Below are positions 40,185 to 49,268 of a stretch of 64,000 nt of DNA, one piece after another. The DNA lies in NCBI GenBank assembly GCA_040006915.1, contig JBDTWD010000004.1:65033-129032 (forward strand). The letters run 5' to 3'. Below the pieces are notes generated by a model. It saw only the letters and a program-made list of their open reading frames with translations, had not been told where the DNA came from and did not search any database. Source of the stretch: Candidatus Woesebacteria bacterium. Its GTDB lineage: Bacteria; Patescibacteriota; Microgenomatia; UBA1400; UBA12028. Numbering within the stretch: the first letter of the stretch is position 1; each line of letters begins with the position of its first letter. A program made the translations under genes and the position numbers.

Positions 40185-40997
40185 ATGAACACACCGACTT
40201 TTCTGCATGTTATTACTGATTACGGTATCAACGATCCGGCTTTCGGAGAAGTAATCCAGAGACTCCATGCTGACTCCACTGATGTAGCCCCTCTTATTTA
40301 TCCAACCAGTGTCGATTTTTCTGACACTGTGGCAGGCGGTTTTTGGATCTATCAGTACGGAATGGGCAGACAAGAAACCCAACGGATGGTGATTTACAGC
40401 AATGTCGCTCCACGCAAAGTACAACGGGCTGCGATGAAGAATAATAGTGGTGAAGGACTAAAATACGGAAAACTGACCAATGGGGTGGAAATTGTCGCGG
40501 TTAACTCTGAGCATATTTTTTCGTTTGTAAAACCATACCTTCAGGATTTCAAAGAAATCGACGTCAGTAACCAAGGGACCCAGTTCCGTTCGCGAGATAA
40601 CTATCCAAAGATCGTGAATGAAATTCTCCATAATGATCACCACAGTTTGACTGAAAACTTACCGTTAAGTCTTATTCCTGACGTTCCAACCAACCGCATT
40701 GCCTGGATTGACGGGTATGGCAATATCAAAACCACGATCCGCAGAAGCCAGGTAAAGCTGGAAGCAGGCCAACAAGTCAAAATTGAAATTAACGGAGTCA
40801 TTTGGACCGGATACATGTCAGAGGGTACCTTCGGGGTTCATCATGGTCAGTTAGCATTTTCCCCAGGAAGTAGTGGATACGAAGATCCATTCATGGAGAT
40901 CTTCTTAAGACGCCATATCGTCCGCGATGTTTCAGCCCGTGACGTCTTCAATTTCCCCAAGTGTGGAGATGAAATAAAAATCACCATCGAGGAGTAA
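40185..40997 (+). CDS. SAM hydroxide adenosyltransferase family protein (DUF62, fluorinase/chlorinase-like fold)
   Basis: N-terminus FLHVITDYGINDPAFGEV and the C-terminal IDGYGNIKTTI motif resemble PF01887. The ORF-track start is 40128; the start placed here is the internal Met MNTPTF. Confidence 0.5.
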   Translation: MNTPTFLHVITDYGINDPAFGEVIQRLHADSTDVAPLIYPTSVDFSDTVAGGFWIYQYGMGRQETQRMVIYSNVAPRKVQRAAMKNNSGEGLKYGKLTNGVEIVAVNSEHIFSFVKPYLQDFKEIDVSNQGTQFRSRDNYPKIVNEILHNDHHSLTENLPLSLIPDVPTNRIAWIDGYGNIKTTIRRSQVKLEAGQQVKIEINGVIWTGYMSEGTFGVHHGQLAFSPGSSGYEDPFMEIFLRRHIVRDVSARDVFNFPKCGDEIKITIEE

Positions 40998-41003
40998 GAC
41001 TCC

Positions 41004-42068
41004 ATGGATCTCTCTACCGCTTTAGTTTCTCATTCCCACGAAATGGATCAAACAATTGCTGATTTCTTGGATCTGCAAGAAAAAGAGGCAAAGAAGATCG
41101 ATCGCTACATTGATCAGTCGATGCTGCTTCTGAAGACCTTTAGTTTACGTGGAGGAAAATCCATTCGTTCATTTTTGTGTAGAATTGCCTACGATCTGGC
41201 AAAAGGGAAAAAGAACCCCGGATTAGCTAAAGCTCTAGCGAGCATTGAATTGCACCATAAACACATCCTCATTTTGGATGATATTTCAGACCGAGATGAA
41301 TCACGCTATGGTGGACCAACTTTAGAGTATGCATACAGAGAAGTAATGTCAGGACTTCCGGATGAAAAGTATAAAGCCATGTCGTTTGCCATGCTGGATG
41401 GAGTTCTCTTAGGATCTCTGGCAAAGGAACTCCTCATTTCATCAGGATTTTCAGCCAAGATTCTCATTGAGTGTATCCACCTCTTTGACACGATCATGTA
41501 TCGAGATGTGCTGGCCGGTTGGCAAATTCACGGAATGCAGTGTACCCAAACGCTCTCAAAGGCCACCCAAGAAGAGTTCATCAAAGGATTACGATTGGTT
41601 ACGGCTAGCTATACCTTTGAAGGCCCCTTACTCATGGGATTAACTCTGGCAGAAAGTAAAGACACCAAGCTCGAAACAGCTCTACGTCTCTATGCAGCTA
41701 ATGTGGGCACGGCCTTTCAAATGCACGATGACATCCTCGGATTATTTGGCGATAGCAAGAAAACTGGAAAACCAGTGGGAAATGATGTACGGGAAGGTAA
41801 AAAAACGCTTCTGTTGCAAGTAGCGTTTGAGCGTGGCAGTACGCAAGAGAGAGAAATGCTTGAGCAAGCCTGTGGGAAAGCAATTAGTGCAGATACACTC
41901 AAAGCAGTTCAAAAGATCGTCCAAGATACAGGGTCTTTAGAGTACTCCAAACAATTAGAGAAAGAGTACGTGGAGAAAGGGATTCAAGCGTTACAGGATC
42001 TCCCCAAGAGCCCTCAAAAGCAAATGCTCATTGAGCTGGCTGCTTACATCATTTCAAGAGAAAAATAG
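41004..42068 (+). CDS. trans-Polyprenyl diphosphate synthase
   Basis: First aspartate-rich motif LILDDISDRDESRYGG and second FQMHDDILGLFGD. Confidence 0.85.
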   Translation: MDLSTALVSHSHEMDQTIADFLDLQEKEAKKIDRYIDQSMLLLKTFSLRGGKSIRSFLCRIAYDLAKGKKNPGLAKALASIELHHKHILILDDISDRDESRYGGPTLEYAYREVMSGLPDEKYKAMSFAMLDGVLLGSLAKELLISSGFSAKILIECIHLFDTIMYRDVLAGWQIHGMQCTQTLSKATQEEFIKGLRLVTASYTFEGPLLMGLTLAESKDTKLETALRLYAANVGTAFQMHDDILGLFGDSKKTGKPVGNDVREGKKTLLLQVAFERGSTQEREMLEQACGKAISADTLKAVQKIVQDTGSLEYSKQLEKEYVEKGIQALQDLPKSPQKQMLIELAAYIISREK

Positions 42069-42212
42069 TTATTTCTCCATTTTTTCGAACAACGAGAATT
42101 GAAATCGTAAAATAATGCCAAATATATGTAGCGACAGAAAGTAAACGCTACTATCTTCTTTAGATAAAGATCTAAACAGCGATTCTCTGTATATCTAACT
42201 TCCAATCCAAGA

Positions 42213-42512
42213 TCACGATAATGCGAACCCAATAAATAAAAACAGTGCGAGGCAACAAAGAGAGAGAAGAATTTTACTTGTAAAGGATTCAGATTTATCA
42301 ACAATGGAAATGACAACATATGATGTTGGCAAAAACAGGGACCCAGTGATAATAAGCAATACTATGGGGTCCATTTTTCTATTAATGAGCAGTTGAGAAA
42401 AGAAAGGTACAGTATTTACTACCAATAATTCGATGTAAAAGAGAATCCATGAAATTATTGTCGTAAAAATAACGATTGCTAATTGTTTTGGGATATTTAC
42501 TGATTTTTTCAT
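42213..42512 (-). CDS. Small hypothetical membrane protein
   Basis: 99 aa with 3 TM helices, in an AT-rich region. Confidence 0.3.
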   Translation of the reverse strand: MKKSVNIPKQLAIVIFTTIISWILFYIELLVVNTVPFFSQLLINRKMDPIVLLIITGSLFLPTSYVVISIVDKSESFTSKILLSLCCLALFLFIGFALS

Positions 42513-42534
42513 AGTAATTAAGATATTTTATCAT

Positions 42535-42566
42535 TTAGGGGTGCCAGATTATACTGGCACCCCTAA
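42535..42566. repeat. GC-rich perfect hairpin (13-bp stem, 6-nt loop)
   Basis: TTAGGGGTGCCAG-attata-CTGGCACCCCTAA. It lies between the stop of the 743-aa gene and the start of the small membrane ORF. On the minus strand the loop reads TATAAT. Confidence 0.6.
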
Positions 42567-42583
42567 GATGTGAAGACAGATAG

Positions 42584-44815
42584 TTAACGATCCAATCCTT
42601 TCACCGTATTGGCGATTTCGGTAACATTTGAGCTAGATATGTTCTCACCACTTTGCTCAAACAAATGGCGGCCTACAAGTCGCTGATTTATGTCATCAGG
42701 GTAGTCTGTGATTCGCAAGGTCAGTTCTCGGACAAGCGAAGAAGGGATTTGAGCTATGTTACTGATAACATTTTCGACACCTTGCGGCATTCCCATCCAG
42801 GCGACTGTATAGCCAAAAGTGATATTGCCTGGCCCGGAGGTATCCATGAGCTGATTTCCGATGACAAATCGAATTTTTGCTCTACAGTCACTGTCATTTC
42901 CACATATCGTATTTTCGACATTGCCTTTTATTACATCGACTTCTCCAACGAGAAATACATTGTAGGTGAAGGCCTCTATGAATGGTTGATTGAGATTTGC
43001 AGCATTACATTGTGTATCATTTAGCACGCACAGAATTTTGTGATCCATGCGACTACGCAGTCGGTTGATTTCCCATATGACAAAATCTGCACCATTCAAT
43101 ATGTGGAAGGTTGCATGTTCATATCGGACTGTGAATGAAGCCCCATCAGACATTGTAATCGGATAATCTGTAGTGGAAAACTGATTGTTTTCTAGGGCTT
43201 GATAGGGTTCCAGCCAATACGTTGAGCTGTTTCCTTCTGGCGACCAACCCACAATACCAGTGACATCCACACGGATCTTCCACCAATTAAGGTATCCGTC
43301 CGAGTTAGACTCACGACATACAGGGCCTTCGAGAACATCGAATGTTTCACCAGGAAGCATGACATCTACCTGTGTGCCACTCGGTTCGTTTCTGACTCGT
43401 GTATCACCTTCCACGAGTGAGTTCCGGCCTTTTTGTCCCACGACCAAACGAGTAGCAAGTGCAACCCCGCATGATCCGCTAGTTGCAGGAGGATTCGGGT
43501 TGTTTACCACTGGTGCTGGTTGGCTTGAGCCATTATCAGCACCACTTCCAAGAGTCGTGTAACTTGAGCCGCCCGAGACCCAACCTGACCCGCCATTCCA
43601 ACTGACGTTGTACCAACCATTACTGGTGGATATATAGTTGAAGTAGCGACCAAGCGGTGCCTTTGCGACGATCGAATACTGGGTACCCGATCCCGAACGT
43701 ACATTCAACATCCCGGTGACCACTTTTACCCACTGCCCACCAGGAGCAGAAGTGTAGCCAACCTGACCAACGTCGTTGGTTGTTTGTTGTGGTTGCGGAT
43801 TTTGGTTTCCGCTCCCAGTTCCAGGTTGTGGAGATGTTTCGCAAGACCAGCCGGCGAGACCGCCTTGCATCCAAGCATATGGGCGCTCGCTGCCCCAAAT
43901 CTCACGACATACTGAGTCATGATCGAGGACATTTCCGCCACAGCCCCAAGTATTGGGATTTACACCATCGTTGGAGCCATTTTGTCCAAATTTTGCTTGG
44001 CAATAATTATCTACGTCCAGTCCGTTGCTGCCCAACCGGAACTGAGAAAACGAGTTACCTCCTCCTCCACTGTTTTGCGGAGGAGTCACCGGGTTTCCCG
44101 CAGTCCCTGTCGATGAGCCACCTCCAGAAGAGGTTGCTCCCTGTTGAACAGTCACAGTTACTTGCGCGTTTGGGGAAGTCTTCCACGAGTCATCCCCACT
44201 ACATGCGGCATCGGCAGTGATTACGTAAGTTCCAGGCTGATTGCTTGACCAGCCACTCGTAACAACCCAGGTTGTCTCTTCATCGAAAAGGACACCGTTC
44301 GCATACAGCCGAATACCACGAACATTCGTATTCGTACACGAAGCCTCTGCAGTGATTCCCACGTTTGCTCCTGTTGTTACAGTTGTGGCACTGACATTTA
44401 AGCTGATCGAGACCTCATACCCTACAGGCGGCGGAACTGGCGTGGGGTTACCCCCGTACCAGTCAAAACCAACCCTGGATTCAGTTGCCTGAGACCAATC
44501 TTCACCCTTGCAATGAACCTGAGCAATGGCATTGTGATGGCCATTGCTGATACGAGTCCCGTCGAGACGGAACCCGCTACCACTATTCGTCTGTTCGACA
44601 TGAGTGTTGTTGGCATCGTCCACGCCAACACGCCAGTCATAGCTTTCGCTTCCCGGACAAGTGACGCTGATATTGCCATTTAGCTGGCTATCGATGGTGA
44701 ATGTAGGGATCGTACCAGATCCCGCAAGAACGGTTTGTAGGCTAACGCCTAAAACCCCGCAAAGAAATATATACAACAGAAACTTACGCAAAATTGCACC
44801 TCCGTGCAAAACCAC
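42584..44815 (-). CDS. Large secreted protein with Ig-like N-terminal region, Cys-rich module, two SH3b domains and an uncharacterised C-terminal domain
   Basis: Signal peptide. SH3_3-like segments (GQWVKVVTGMLNVRSGSGTQYSIVAKAPLGRYFNY...WVSGG and GQKGRNSLVEGDTRVRNEPSGTQVDVMLPGETFDVLEG...WWKIR). Cys-rich stretch DNYCQAKFG...WGCGGNVLDHDSVCREIWG. The C-terminal roughly 270 aa are of unknown family. Confidence 0.55.
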   Translation of the reverse strand: MVLHGGAILRKFLLYIFLCGVLGVSLQTVLAGSGTIPTFTIDSQLNGNISVTCPGSESYDWRVGVDDANNTHVEQTNSGSGFRLDGTRISNGHHNAIAQVHCKGEDWSQATESRVGFDWYGGNPTPVPPPVGYEVSISLNVSATTVTTGANVGITAEASCTNTNVRGIRLYANGVLFDEETTWVVTSGWSSNQPGTYVITADAACSGDDSWKTSPNAQVTVTVQQGATSSGGGSSTGTAGNPVTPPQNSGGGGNSFSQFRLGSNGLDVDNYCQAKFGQNGSNDGVNPNTWGCGGNVLDHDSVCREIWGSERPYAWMQGGLAGWSCETSPQPGTGSGNQNPQPQQTTNDVGQVGYTSAPGGQWVKVVTGMLNVRSGSGTQYSIVAKAPLGRYFNYISTSNGWYNVSWNGGSGWVSGGSSYTTLGSGADNGSSQPAPVVNNPNPPATSGSCGVALATRLVVGQKGRNSLVEGDTRVRNEPSGTQVDVMLPGETFDVLEGPVCRESNSDGYLNWWKIRVDVTGIVGWSPEGNSSTYWLEPYQALENNQFSTTDYPITMSDGASFTVRYEHATFHILNGADFVIWEINRLRSRMDHKILCVLNDTQCNAANLNQPFIEAFTYNVFLVGEVDVIKGNVENTICGNDSDCRAKIRFVIGNQLMDTSGPGNITFGYTVAWMGMPQGVENVISNIAQIPSSLVRELTLRITDYPDDINQRLVGRHLFEQSGENISSSNVTEIANTVKGLDR

Positions 44816-44846
44816 ACCTAGCAGAACTCGTATTTGAGCTCACTAT

Positions 44847-44897
44847 TCCAGGTGGAAGTCTATACACCCAAACCCTGGATATACACACTTCCACCTG
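44847..44897. repeat. Inverted repeat CCAGGTGGAAGT ... ACTTCCACCTGG with a 27-nt spacer
   Basis: Perfect 12-nt arms at 44847-44858 and 44886-44897. Imperfect extension reaches about 20 nt. It lies between the M23 peptidase stop and the start of the 743-aa gene. Confidence 0.55.
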
Positions 44898-45062
44898 GAG
44901 ATTTCTCTGTCTTCACATGTAAAAGATCTCATGCTCCTACGAATTCCTCGAAAAATCCCGTGATGGGATCCTGAAAAATACGAGAAAACACGAAAGAAGA
45001 TTCTATCTTATATCTGTAAGATATACAAGCTATGGGCTATACAAACACTTAAAATTAGGGGA

Positions 45063-45752
45063 TTATTTCTTTGCGAGCTGATTTGGAACACCTTTGGTCA
45101 ATAACCGAATTGGGTCCGTAGCCACACAAGTGTAATACTGTTGGTCAGCCTGACATAAACGGGTCTCAAAGTGGACGTGTGGACCTGTAGAGTGTCCAGT
45201 CATTCCGACGATACCCACTGGTTGTCCCATTCCCACTTTGTCTCCAACCTCTACGGCTGTGGACTTCATGTGAGCATAGAGAGAGCGAACAGTCTGAGTT
45301 CCAAAGGTGTGCTCAACGACGACATAGCGTCCATAGCCACCAGCTTGGTATTCATTTTCCACGACGATACCTTCATGCATGGATAACACTGGACTTCCAA
45401 CGTCAGCACGGATATCGATTCCTGGGTGATAGGAAGTAAAGTAGGTAGAAATACCTTTCACTTCAGATGGGAGAAGTGGAAGGGTCATTCCAGCTGCAGT
45501 CAAAGTTGTACTACTCTGCGCATCAATAAAATAGTCTTGGAGAAATTTATCAGCTAACTTAGCTGATTCACTTGCATCCTTGTCTTCCTGAGTAAGGTCA
45601 GGAGAAGGGTTCTGTATTCCCTCACTCTCAGGCTGCTTGGCAGCTTCAATAGTGAAGTTTAAAAATGACAAGCTCATAGCCTTGGCACCGCTTGGGAAAG
45701 CCATAGCCATCATTGTCACGATCGTTAAAGCACACAGGCTTTTGCGTATCAT
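45063..45752 (-). CDS. M23-family (LytM-domain) metallopeptidase, secreted
   Basis: Signal peptide, then HPGIDIRADVGSPV...GYGRYVVVEH...YAHM...GMTGHSTGPHVHFE, covering the M23 HxxxD and HxH motifs. Confidence 0.8.
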   Translation of the reverse strand: MIRKSLCALTIVTMMAMAFPSGAKAMSLSFLNFTIEAAKQPESEGIQNPSPDLTQEDKDASESAKLADKFLQDYFIDAQSSTTLTAAGMTLPLLPSEVKGISTYFTSYHPGIDIRADVGSPVLSMHEGIVVENEYQAGGYGRYVVVEHTFGTQTVRSLYAHMKSTAVEVGDKVGMGQPVGIVGMTGHSTGPHVHFETRLCQADQQYYTCVATDPIRLLTKGVPNQLAKK

Positions 45753-45936
45753 AATTGCCGCATCATCGCGGCCAGCTTTATCCTCTGCTTTCACAGGGAC
45801 AAAAAAACCTCCACATTTGGAGGTCAGCCTATAATAGGTGGTGCAAAGATATTTGTCAAGAGTACCAACCCCTCTTTCCTGTCTGGACGCAAACTGCTCC
45901 CATCTGGAAAAAGCACCTATCTTTTCCCCCTCTCTC

Positions 45937-45945
45937 TGGTATACT
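45937..45945 (+). promoter_or_regulatory. Extended -10 promoter TGGTATACT for pgk (near-leaderless)
   Basis: TGnTATACT ends 13 nt before ATG 45959. There is no SD. Confidence 0.5.
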
Positions 45946-45958
45946 AGACGATACTTCT

Positions 45959-46954
45959 ATGAAGTACCTCTCCTCAGCGCAAATCGCCAAAAAAAGGGTT
46001 CTAGTGCGTCTAGACCTAGATCTCCCTAAAGCTGGTGCGTCCTTTGATACGACCCGATTAGACCAGGGAATCCCGACTCTCCAGTACATCCTTCGCCATG
46101 ACCCAGAACTGATTACGGTTATTGCCCACCGAGGCAGGCCCAAAGGCAAGAGTAGTGCCTATTCATTGACCCCGATTGAAAAGCTCTTACGAGCTCACTT
46201 CTCCAAAGAAGAGAATGCCAAGATTGTAGTGCTTCCAAATCTTCGGTTTGACCCGAGAGAAGAAAAAGGCAGTTTGACCTATGCCCGAGAACTTGCCAAG
46301 AAGCAAGATCTGTATGTTGTCGACTCTTTTGCCACCTTGCATCGCAATCACACTTCGATCACTTTCATCCCTCAGATCCTCCCTACGTACCCTGGTGTCC
46401 AACTGGAAAAAGAGCTCAAAGCCTTTGCAAAGGTCTTTAACGCCCCCAAGCGTCCTTTCGTCATCCTTCTGGGTGGATCCAAGCTAGAGACCAAAATGCC
46501 CCTCATAGAGGCTTTCGAGAACCAAGTAGACGTCATCTTAGTGGGTGGAAAACTCGCCTTAGAAGCCAGAGAGCAAAACCTCTCCAAAGGCCGAAAGGTG
46601 ATTATTGGGGAATTAACCAAGGATGGCAAAGATCTCTCTCCTGAAGCTACCGACCAGTTTATCCGCTTTATCAATGCAGCAGGCACGGTTGTCTGGAATG
46701 GCCCAATGGGAGTCTTTGAAGAGACCAAGCATTCCCACGGAACCAAGGCTATTGCTCTCGCAGTCGATGCAGCCAGAGCTTTTACCCTTACCGGCGGTGG
46801 AGACACTGAAGCAGCCCAAACCAAGTACAATGCCGAAAAGCATGTTGATCACATCTCCTCTGGAGGAGGATCGATGCTTGAATATCTTTACAAACGTACA
46901 CTCCCTGGTATTGAAGCGATCGACGCCAGCCAAAAAGCCTTCAAGATTAAATAG
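45959..46954 (+). CDS. pgk: Phosphoglycerate kinase (compact, about 331 aa)
   Basis: KRVLVRLDLDLP...IAHRGRPKG...NLRFDPREEK...VVDSFATLHR...GGGDTEAAQ. The ORF-track N-terminal extension (45755) is not supported, so the start is set at ATG 45959. Confidence 0.88.
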   Translation: MKYLSSAQIAKKRVLVRLDLDLPKAGASFDTTRLDQGIPTLQYILRHDPELITVIAHRGRPKGKSSAYSLTPIEKLLRAHFSKEENAKIVVLPNLRFDPREEKGSLTYARELAKKQDLYVVDSFATLHRNHTSITFIPQILPTYPGVQLEKELKAFAKVFNAPKRPFVILLGGSKLETKMPLIEAFENQVDVILVGGKLALEAREQNLSKGRKVIIGELTKDGKDLSPEATDQFIRFINAAGTVVWNGPMGVFEETKHSHGTKAIALAVDAARAFTLTGGGDTEAAQTKYNAEKHVDHISSGGGSMLEYLYKRTLPGIEAIDASQKAFKIK

Positions 46955-46972
46955 TTTTCCAATGTAGATATT

Positions 46973-47001
46973 AAAAGGACGCCCTCATGGCGTCCTTTTT
47001 T
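46973..47001. terminator. Bidirectional rho-independent terminator
   Basis: AAAAGGACGCC-ctcat-GGCGTCCTTTTTT. A perfect 8-bp stem with an A-run on one side and a T-run on the other, between the convergent pgk and 47019-47465 genes. Confidence 0.75.
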
Positions 47002-47018
47002 GCGTACCTGTGCTGGGG

Positions 47019-47465
47019 TTAATCCAACCGCGTTGAGCAGATGTTAACCCGATACTTGTGATCATCCAACACATAGTACCTCAGCCAGTTTAAGGGATTG
47101 AACCACCAAAGAAGGTAGAGCAACCCATCTGCACACTTGGGGCGAACGTGGAAGATTGTGTAACAATCCTCGGTTCCCTCTTCACTCACTAACCGAAGCG
47201 CCATTCGTTCATCTGTCCAGAACTCTAAAGTAGTATGGCTCTTATCGCTGGAGAGATAGATCATACCACTCGTCTTGACCGTTCCTTCGTCGATGGTGGA
47301 ACCAAGAGTCGCACCAAGACGAAGCACTTCAAGTCTTACCTTTCTCCCTGCCGGTAGACCAGAATAGGTGGCATTTACTTCTCGAACCTTTCTGTCTCGA
47401 ACAACAACCAAAATCTTCTCTATTTTGGGGTTCACTTTCCAGTCCTTTCTCTGATGCATTATCAA
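47019..47465 (-). CDS. Hypothetical protein
   Basis: 148-aa hydrophilic ORF with no recognisable motif. Confidence 0.4.
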   Translation of the reverse strand: MIMHQRKDWKVNPKIEKILVVVRDRKVREVNATYSGLPAGRKVRLEVLRLGATLGSTIDEGTVKTSGMIYLSSDKSHTTLEFWTDERMALRLVSEEGTEDCYTIFHVRPKCADGLLYLLWWFNPLNWLRYYVLDDHKYRVNICSTRLD

Positions 47466-47584
47466 AGTATTCTGAGCGGCTTACTATTATACTATAGGAC
47501 GGCCTACTTACAAAATGCACCTCCTCAAGAACTCTTTTACGTGGTACAAAAAAGGAGCACATATAGAGCAGTAAGGAGTCTTTT

Positions 47585-48637
47585 ATGAAAATTGCCATTA
47601 ATGGATTTGGACGCATTGGCCGAACAAGTTTTCGCGTGTGGTTTAACTCCCATAAAGAGAAAGCCGATTTGGTTGCCGTGAATACATCTGGGTCAATGGA
47701 CTTGGCTGCTTGGGCACACCTGCTCAAATACGACTCCAACTATGGAGTTTGGGACCAAGAGATTTCCGTACAAGAACATCAAAAATCCAAAGACGCCACG
47801 GATCAAGATCCCGTCATTGGCACTCTGGTTATTGGTGACAAACACATTCAGTTCTTGGCCCAGCGCGATCCAGCCAAGCTTCCTTGGGGCACACTTCAAG
47901 TTGACACAGTTATCGAATCTACCGGCGTGTTTATTACCAAAGAGAAAGCCAGTCTCCATATTGCGGCAGGGGCCAAACGCGTAGTCATCTCTGCCCCTCC
48001 AAAAGGTGAAGATGTTGGAACGTATGTCTTGGGAGTGAATGAAGCAGCTGAAACCCATCAAGAGACTGCGGGCGTTCAAGTACTCTCAAATGCTTCTTGC
48101 ACCACAAATTGTGTCGCTCCAGTTGCCGCCGTTATTCATGCCACCTTTGGTGTCAAAAAAGCCATGATGACGACGATCCATGCCTATACTGACGATCAAA
48201 ACCTGCATGACAATTCTCACCGAGATTTACGCAGAGCCAGAGCCGCTGCCAAAAATATTGTTCCCACTACAACCGGAGCTGCCATCGCAGTCACGGAAAC
48301 AATCCCCGAGCTCAAAGGTTTGTTTGATGGGTTATCCATGCGTGTTCCCGTCGGAGTCGGATCACTTTCAGATATGACCTTTGTGGTCGGAAAACCAACA
48401 ACAGTTGAAGAAGTAAACCAAGCTATTGTCGAAGCTTCAAATGCCCCACGTTGGAAAGGAATTTTAACCGTGACCAATGATCCGATCGTGTCTTCAGATA
48501 TTGTCGGCAGACCAGAGAGCTCAATCGTGGATTTGGCACTTACACAAGTAGTCGGAGGTGATCTCGTTAAAGTTATCTCTTGGTATGACAATGAGTTTGG
48601 GTACTGCAACCGGCTTGTGGAACAGTCGGTGCAATAG
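47585..48637 (+). CDS. gap: Glyceraldehyde-3-phosphate dehydrogenase, type I
   Basis: MKIAINGFGRIGR, catalytic SCTTNC, and WYDNEFGY. SD AAGGAG lies 8 nt upstream, and a TATACTATAGGACGG promoter-like motif is at 47488-47502. Confidence 0.92.
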   Translation: MKIAINGFGRIGRTSFRVWFNSHKEKADLVAVNTSGSMDLAAWAHLLKYDSNYGVWDQEISVQEHQKSKDATDQDPVIGTLVIGDKHIQFLAQRDPAKLPWGTLQVDTVIESTGVFITKEKASLHIAAGAKRVVISAPPKGEDVGTYVLGVNEAAETHQETAGVQVLSNASCTTNCVAPVAAVIHATFGVKKAMMTTIHAYTDDQNLHDNSHRDLRRARAAAKNIVPTTTGAAIAVTETIPELKGLFDGLSMRVPVGVGSLSDMTFVVGKPTTVEEVNQAIVEASNAPRWKGILTVTNDPIVSSDIVGRPESSIVDLALTQVVGGDLVKVISWYDNEFGYCNRLVEQSVQ

Positions 48638-48657
48638 AATACCTGTATAATCTATTC

Positions 48658-49251
48658 ATGCCCGTTATTTCTCTTATCATCCAGGCAGCTCTCTTTGCGC
48701 TGCTTGCCATTTTCGTCATATTTTTTATTGTTTTGTCATCACTGCTAACTGGGAAAAGACGCGATGACAATATCAGTGACGATTTACACGAAGCAGGCAT
48801 TATCCCTGAAATTGAAGGTGAAGAAATGGCGGGAGAAATGCCCACTGCTCCCGTTGAACGACCAATTTGGGAAAAGTACCCGCAAATATATCGATTTGAA
48901 ATTTTGTATTGGAGAGGAGTGAGTAGACCATGGTGGTGGAACAATTATGCCGAGGATTTGGTCAAATACGCAGGAGAATATTTCCCGTGGAACAAGGTGA
49001 ATTACTACTGTACCTACAACAGTAATTCAGTTGGTGAAGATTACAAAGATCGCCAGTATCATGACCGGATCGTAGCATTGCGTCCTCATAAAGCCTCAAA
49101 ACATCCGTTAGTCGTCATTAACTACGGTGAAGAGTACATCATGGTCGATAACCATGTAGCGCTTGAAGAGATAAAAGATCGCATTGATGCGGAGTGGCTG
49201 CGTCACTACGGGACAAAAATTACCTATCGGAACAGTCCGACAACCTACTGA
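48658..49251 (+). CDS. Hypothetical membrane-anchored protein
   Basis: N-terminal TM helix (LIIQAALFALLAIFVIFFIVLSSLL). No known motif. Confidence 0.4.
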   Translation: MPVISLIIQAALFALLAIFVIFFIVLSSLLTGKRRDDNISDDLHEAGIIPEIEGEEMAGEMPTAPVERPIWEKYPQIYRFEILYWRGVSRPWWWNNYAEDLVKYAGEYFPWNKVNYYCTYNSNSVGEDYKDRQYHDRIVALRPHKASKHPLVVINYGEEYIMVDNHVALEEIKDRIDAEWLRHYGTKITYRNSPTTY

Positions 49252-49268
49252 TACAATAGACACTCGTT

